Source: Eledone cirrhosa
Taxonomy: Eukaryota
DNA length: 64,000 nt
Direction of reading: 5' to 3'
Assembly: GCA_964016885.1 (NCBI GenBank)
Contig: OZ024744.1
Span: 43,214,001-43,278,000, forward strand
Position numbers and translations under genes: made by a program. The notes below the pieces were generated by a model. It was not told the DNA's origin. It saw only the letters and a program-made list of their open reading frames with translations, and did not search any database. Positions 60,174 to 64,000 of this stretch are shown piece by piece (the stretch's first letter is position 1; every line of letters starts with the position of its first letter).

Positions 60174-63100
60174 GAGAGAATGGATAAATTACTGAATAAC
60201 TTATTAGATGATGTTCAAACTATAACTTACCCTTTTTAGTTGATTTTGCCTCCATTGAAGCAATGCGAGGGGACTGTGTAATATGGTCACCTAGAATATA
60301 TAAACAAAATCATAGTAAACCTACATGTATATATACAAATAACATTACAAATACAGGAAACAGTTATTAGATTTATTATCTCTGATATATACATATATAC
60401 ACCAGGTCCAAACATATATGGACCAAACTCCTACTGCCACTGCCATTTATATATATATATTTATATATAGTGAAAGGATTCAGGACGCCAACTACTTAGA
60501 TCCGTAAATATACATTTACTACTAAATTTTCTATAATCATGGCAACAGTCCTAATAAAGCAAATTTATTCTTACATACACACACACAGAGATTGCACACT
60601 CACAAACTCACACTCACACAAACACAAACAGGGCTCACACACACTCAAAAAAGCATCACCGGTGAAACACACCCAAACAGGTACACAATGAATTAATATA
60701 CAACCCAATATACCTATATGTATACATCAACATACACATAATACCAACATCACTTCACTTATATATGTACACACAATTTTATTCAATGGGTCCACCTAAC
60801 ACATTACATAAACTTAGAATGTATACAGATATACAATATAACGTCAATTTGATATTAATGTTGAAACACGTGTAATAGTTTTCTGTACTAACTGGTAGGA
60901 ATCGGTTTGAAATACAACTTACTTTCTTTTGATCCACCTCTTATGTGTGTGCCTGAGTCAGAGACAAGGATCTCTACAGGAGTCACACCTGGAAAAATAT
61001 ACAGAAGAAAAGAATAATAAAAGCTAGAAGGCTTTCTTGAGAAGAGTTTGTTGTCAAGTTGAAGAAAGGGTAGAATGAGTTGTCATTTGTTTAATCAACT
61101 AGATCAAATTATACGGTTTGTTCTCTCAAGGACATGCTTACTTTTCCCACAAATCTAAAACTTACAAAAGGAGTAAAGTGTGGTTAGTCTTGAATTATGA
61201 GAGAAACATTCTACAGTTTCCTACTGGTCCTTAAAATCAGATTTATATAGTGGTTTACCAAATATTTAGGGTACTGGCAGATGTAGTGGAGAAGAGGATG
61301 CAGCATATGAACAATGAAGGGTGACAAGAAATTGTGAAGAACTGTAGGATAAAATTTGATAAAGAAGAGAATACTGATCTCTGAAATAATTCAATCTAAC
61401 TCAATGAATCTAGTGTAACATTTATCTTCTCATTTGAATCACATGTAATGTCATTCTTTCTCAGTTATCTCTGATAATGCCCTAAAAAAGTCAAGCTATA
61501 CTTTTGTCATCATTAAAAGGTCTTTGAGGAAGTCAATAAAATGTTTATTCTGGATTATTTTATGGAGGTTGTAATAGAGAGTTTGATATTGTTGACTGAA
61601 TTAAGTAGTTATAAATTTACTGTTGAAAACCTAAATAAGTTACTGAATAACTTATTACATGATGTTTAAATTATAACTTACGCTTTTGAGAAGTTTCAGG
61701 CTTCATTGCAGCACTGGGAGGGTACACGGTAATATGGTCACCTAGAATATATAAACAACATCATAGTAAACCTACATGTATATATATAAAAAACATTACA
61801 AATACATGGAATCAGTTATTAGATTGATTATCTCTGATATATAGATATATACACCAGGTGCAAAGACATATGGACCAAACTCCCACTGTCCCTCGCATAT
61901 ATATATATTTATATATAGAGAGAATGGATAAATTACTGAATAACTTATTAGATGATGTTCAAACTATAACTTACCCTTTTTAGTTGATTTTGCCTCCATT
62001 GAAGCAATGCGAGGGGACTGTGTAATATGGTCACCTAGAATATATAAACAAAATCATAGTAAACCTACATGTATATATACAAATAACATTACAAATACAG
62101 GAAACAGTTATTAGATTTATTATCTCTGATATATACATATATACACCAGGTCCAAACATATATGGACCAAACTCCTACTGCCACTGCCATTTATATATAT
62201 ATATTTATATATAGTGAAAGGATTCAGGACGCCAACTACTTAGATCCGTAAATATACATTTACTACTAAATTTTCTATAATCATGGCAACAGTCCTAATA
62301 AAGCAAATTTATTCTTACATACACACACACAGAGATTGCACACTCACAAACTCACACTCACACAAACACAAACAGGGCTCACACAAACTCAAAAAAGCAT
62401 CACCGGTGAAACACACCCAAACAGGTACACAATGAATTAATATACAACCCAATATACCTATATGTATACATCAACATACACATAATACCAACATCACTTC
62501 ACTTATATATGTACACACAATTTTATTCAATGGGTCCACCTAACACATTACATAAACTTAGAATGTATACAGATATACAATATAACGTCAATTTGATATT
62601 AATGTTGAAACACGTGTAATAGTTTTCTGTACTAACTGGTAGGAATCGGTTTGAAATACAACTTACTTTCTTTTGATCCACCTCTTATGTGTGTGCCTGA
62701 GTCAGAGACAAGGATCTCTACAGGAGTCACACCTGGAAAAATATACAGAAGAAAAGAATAATAAAAGCTAGAAGGCTTTCTTGAGAAGAGTTTGTTGTCA
62801 AGTTGAAGAAAGGGTAGAATGAGTTGTCATTTGTTTAATCAACTAGATCAAATTATACGGTTTGTTCTCTCAAGGACATGCTTACTTTTCCCACAAATCT
62901 AAAACTTACAAAAGGAGTAAAGTGTGGTTAGTCTTGAATTATGAGAGAAACATTCTACAGTTTCCTACTGGTCCTTAAAATCAGATTTATATAGTGGTTT
63001 ACCAAATATTTAGGGTACTGGCAGATGTAGTGGAGAAGAGGATGCAGCATATGAACAATGAAGGGTGACAAGAAATTGTGAAGAACTGTAGGATAAAATT

Positions 63101-63778
63101 TGATAAAGAAGAGAATACTGATCTCTGAAATAATTCAATCTAACTCAATGAATCTAGTGTAACATTTATCTTCTCATTTGAATCACATGTAATGTCATTC
63201 TTTCTCAGTTATCTCTGATAATGCCCTAAAAAAGTCTAGCTATACTTTTGTCATCATTAAAAGGTCTTTGAGGAAGTCAATAAAATGTTTATTCTGGATT
63301 ATTTTATGGAGGTTGTAATAGAGAGTTTGATATTGTTGACTGAATTAAGTAGTTATAAATTTACTGTTGAAAACCTAAATAAGTTACTGAATAACTTATT
63401 ACATGATGTTTAAATTATAACTTACGCTTTTGAGAAGTTTCAGGCTTCATTGCAGCACTGGGAGGGTACACGGTAATATGGTCACCTAGAATATATAAAC
63501 AACATCATAGTAAACCTACATGTATATATATAAAAAACATTACAAATACATGGAATCAGTTATTAGATTGATTATCTCTGATATATAGATATATACACCA
63601 GGTGCAAAGACATATGGACCAAACTCCCACTGTCCCTCGCATATATATATATTTATATATAGAGAGAATGGATAAATTACTGAATAACTTATTAGATGAT
63701 GTTCAAACTATAACTTACCCTTTTTAGTTGATTTTGCCTCCATTGAAGCAATGCGAGGGGACTGTGTAATATGGTCAC
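1501..63778 (-). CDS. Predicted giant multi-micro-exon gene (5' end outside the window) encoding a S/T/P/K-rich tandem-repeat protein; ~82 exons of 60 or 66 nt
   Basis: Each exon is bounded on the minus strand by a pyrimidine-rich acceptor (ttttgtttatatattctag or ttttcttctgtatattttttccag) and a GTAAGT donor. Lengths are exact multiples of 3, all phase 1-1, and manual splicing gives an open frame. A-type exon low coordinates: 18815, 21321, 23827, 25616, 27405, 29187, 31693, 33482, 35271, 37057, 38846, 40612, 42401, 44187, 45974, 47761, 49548, 51335, 53114, 54901, 56687, 58459, 60231, 61975, 63719. No transcript evidence is available. Confidence 0.8.
1813..1872 (-). CDS. Last repeat micro-exon: DHIALSPRIASMKPEPTKK
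   Basis: 60 nt, ctag/gtaagt boundaries, open frame. Confidence 0.72.
1983..2250 (+). mobile_element. RTE 3'-UTR fragment with (GAT)n tail
   Basis: ggttggtgttaggaagggcatccagc...gttaaacgatgatgat is shared with the RTE 3' ends at 5510-5783 and 10900-11190. Confidence 0.8.
2326..4522 (+). mobile_element. 5'-truncated RTE-clade LINE (RT, Cys-rich segment, 3' UTR, GAT tail); premature stop
   Basis: FVDLEKAFDRV, GVHQGSVLSPLLF and LLYADDL RT motifs; RLRWYGHVMR...GRPKMTW RTE C-terminus; (TA)n on both sides. Confidence 0.93.
4875..4934 (-). CDS. Diverged micro-exon A: DHITVSPRSASIKPKSTKK
   Basis: 60 nt, canonical splice sites; an RTE fragment begins ~13 nt from the acceptor. Confidence 0.7.
4947..5783 (+). 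mobile_element. Short RTE 3' fragment interrupted by a SINE
   Basis: RQSINELSEKLGIRGIRCC...YGH / MRMKDDS...GRPRKTW followed by the GAT tail. Confidence 0.85.
5040..5217 (-). mobile_element. tRNA-derived SINE nested in an RTE
   Basis: Minus-strand A-box-like TGGCAGTATCGG and B-box GAGTTCAAATCC, followed by the core ccgaggttgactttgcctttcatcc. Confidence 0.82.
5888..5947 (-). pseudogene. Micro-exon A copy with an in-frame stop: DHIAVSPRIASIEK*
   Basis: 60 nt with intact splice sites, but reads GAG AAA TAA where 18815-18874 reads GAG AAA ATA. Confidence 0.65.
6185..6244 (-). CDS. Diverged micro-exon A: DHITVAPRMASMEQKSTKK
   Basis: 60 nt, canonical splice sites, open frame. Confidence 0.75.
6487..6546 (-). 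CDS. Diverged micro-exon A: DHITVSPRSAPIKPKSTKK
   Basis: 60 nt, canonical splice sites, open frame. Confidence 0.75.
6600..6787 (-). mobile_element. tRNA-derived SINE with a 16-bp target-site duplication
   Basis: A and B boxes as above; TSD tatatatacaaataac at 6584-6599 and 6788-6803. Confidence 0.88.
7254..7727 (+). mobile_element. Probable LINE ORF1 remnant (CR1/L2-type)
   Basis: GC-richer insert reading KVIAIGVPED.../LGRRSPKPRLIRLSF, reminiscent of ORF1 IxGVPE...RLG...PRxIxxxF motifs; frameshifted. Confidence 0.5.
7966..8025 (-). CDS. Diverged micro-exon: DHIAVSPRIASLKTEPTKK
   Basis: 60 nt, ctag/gtaagt boundaries; duplicate of 1813-1872. Confidence 0.72.
8135..8407 (+). mobile_element. 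RTE 3'-UTR fragment (duplicate of 1983-2250)
   Basis: Same sequence at the same intronic position within a duplicated block. Confidence 0.8.
8467..8951 (-). mobile_element. RTE 3'-end fragment, inverted relative to 8973-11190
   Basis: Reverse complement of ~10710-11190; ORF-track entries 8557+ and 10888- give nearly the same peptide. Confidence 0.88.
8973..11190 (+). mobile_element. 5'-truncated RTE LINE, second subfamily
   Basis: RT motifs in 9068..10051 and 10061..10798, separated by one in-frame TGA; (GAT)n tail. Confidence 0.93.
11249..11308 (-). CDS. Diverged micro-exon A: DHITVSPISAVMEPKSTKM
   Basis: 60 nt, canonical splice sites, open frame. Confidence 0.8.
11945..12010 (-). CDS. 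Diverged micro-exon C: MTLAAIFVSQTDTLIKGGSKE
   Basis: 66 nt, ccag/gtaagt boundaries; same frame as the start of ORF-track entry 11748..12008. Confidence 0.8.
12042..12225 (-). mobile_element. tRNA-derived SINE
   Basis: A and B boxes plus core; array units show the empty site gaaaagaataataaaagctag. Confidence 0.85.
12906..12965 (-). CDS. Diverged micro-exon B: DHITVSPPSAAMKPEATEK
   Basis: 60 nt, canonical splice sites, same flanking intron as array exon B. Confidence 0.8.
13461..13500 (-). ncRNA. Hammerhead-like motif in the PLE terminal repeat (degenerate)
   Basis: CUGACGA U GUUGCA-GAUG-UGCAAC GAAA GAUU UA; good stem II, weak stem I. Confidence 0.5.
15001..15040 (+). ncRNA. Hammerhead-like motif in the PLE terminal repeat (degenerate)
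   Basis: ctgacga t gctgca-gatg-tgcaac gaaa gatt ta; one stem II mismatch. Confidence 0.42.
15337..18710 (-). mobile_element. Near full-length RTE LINE (APE endonuclease plus RT), pseudogenised
   Basis: LRVGTINVSTM...DVCCVQETRW APE motif, WWNNKVDEAV linker, RT motifs and GAT tail; same subfamily as 2326-4522; several stops and frameshifts. Confidence 0.93.
18815..18874 (-). CDS. Micro-exon A at the array edge: DHITVSPRIASIEKISTKK
   Basis: 60 nt, ctag/gtaagt boundaries, open in phase 1. Confidence 0.8.
19506..19571 (-). CDS. Representative micro-exon C (66 nt): (R)VTPVEILVSDSGTHIRGGSKE
   Basis: Minus strand: ttttccag|GTGTGACTCCTGTAGAGATCCTTGTCTCTGACTCAGGCACACACATAAGAGGTGGATCAAAAGAAA|gtaagt. 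Confidence 0.85.
20281..20340 (-). CDS. Representative micro-exon B (60 nt): (G)DHITVYPPSAAMKPETSQK
   Basis: Minus strand: ttctag|GTGACCATATTACCGTGTACCCTCCCAGTGCTGCAATGAAGCCTGAAACTTCTCAAAAGC|gtaagt; paralogous to exon A. Confidence 0.85.
20547..21246 (-). mobile_element. Non-autonomous retrozyme/PLE-like insertion: 1.5 copies of a 466-bp unit (234-bp direct repeats)
   Basis: 20547-20780 is repeated at 21013-21246 with one visible mismatch; inserted in a TA tract; hammerhead motif in the middle. Confidence 0.78.
20841..20885 (-). ncRNA. Minimal type I hammerhead ribozyme
   Basis: AAUAUUG CUGAUGA GAUGU-AACA-ACAUC GAAA CUAG UC^CAAUAUU: complete core, 7-bp stem I, 5-bp stem II, palindromic minimal stem III. 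Confidence 0.85.
21321..21380 (-). CDS. Representative micro-exon A (60 nt): (S)DHITQSPRIASMEPKSTKK
   Basis: Minus strand: ttctag|GTGACCATATTACACAGTCCCCTCGCATTGCTTCAATGGAGCCAAAATCAACTAAAAAGG|gtaagt. Confidence 0.85.
23053..23752 (-). mobile_element. Retrozyme-like insertion, copy 2
   Basis: Same sequence, offset +2506 from copy 1. Confidence 0.78.
23347..23391 (-). ncRNA. Minimal type I hammerhead ribozyme, copy 2
   Basis: Identical to 20841-20885. Confidence 0.85.
30919..31618 (-). mobile_element. Retrozyme-like insertion, copy 3
   Basis: Same sequence, offset +7866 from copy 2. Confidence 0.78.
31213..31257 (-). ncRNA. Minimal type I hammerhead ribozyme, copy 3
   Basis: Identical to 20841-20885. 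Confidence 0.85.
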
Positions 63779-64000
63779 CTAGAATATATAAACAAAATCA
63801 TAGTAAACCTACATGTATATATACAAATAACATTACAAATACAGGAAACAGTTATTAGATTTATTATCTCTGATATATACATATATACACCAGGTCCAAA
63901 CATATATGGACCAAACTCCTACTGCCACTGCCATTTATATATATATATTTATATATAGTGAAAGGATTCAGGACGCCAACTACTTAGATCCGTAAATATA

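Larger units (their letters stand above)
18745..64000. repeat. Tandem macro-repeat array, unit ~1,744-1,789 bp (2,506 bp in three units with an insertion), 24 complete units, continues past the window end
   Basis: Spacing of the A exons; near-identical unit sequence with variable TA tracts and small intronic indels. Confidence 0.97.

Noticed and set aside
18745-64000. Purely non-coding satellite or a CRISPR-like array
   Set aside because: The DNA is eukaryotic, units are ~1.8 kb with no unique spacers and no cas genes, and units contain frame-preserving exons with canonical splice sites.

Overview
AT-rich, repeat-dense animal genomic DNA. The SINE and RTE 3' tails resemble those I recall from octopus/coleoid cephalopods; this is recognition only, not a search result. 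Bases 1-18.7 kb are a nest of decayed retroelements (CR1-like, several RTE LINEs, a Penelope-like element with inverted terminal repeats, tRNA-derived SINEs), mostly sitting in (TA)n tracts. Bases 18.7-64 kb are a very homogeneous ~1.79-kb tandem array of 24 full units that runs off the right edge. The array looks like satellite DNA and the ORF track shows almost nothing in it. However, on the minus strand each unit carries three canonical AG/GT-bounded, phase-1 symmetric micro-exons (60, 60 and 66 nt) that splice into an open 62-aa repeat: SDHITQSPRIASMEAKSTKK-GDHITVYPPSAAMKPETSQK-RVTPVEILVSDSGTHIRGGSKE. Nine diverged copies of the same exons continue through the TE-rich part, giving about 82 micro-exons and >1,600 aa, with a candidate stop-bearing exon at ~1.5 kb. 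Three array units also carry an intronic, sense-oriented retrozyme-like element with a minimal hammerhead ribozyme.
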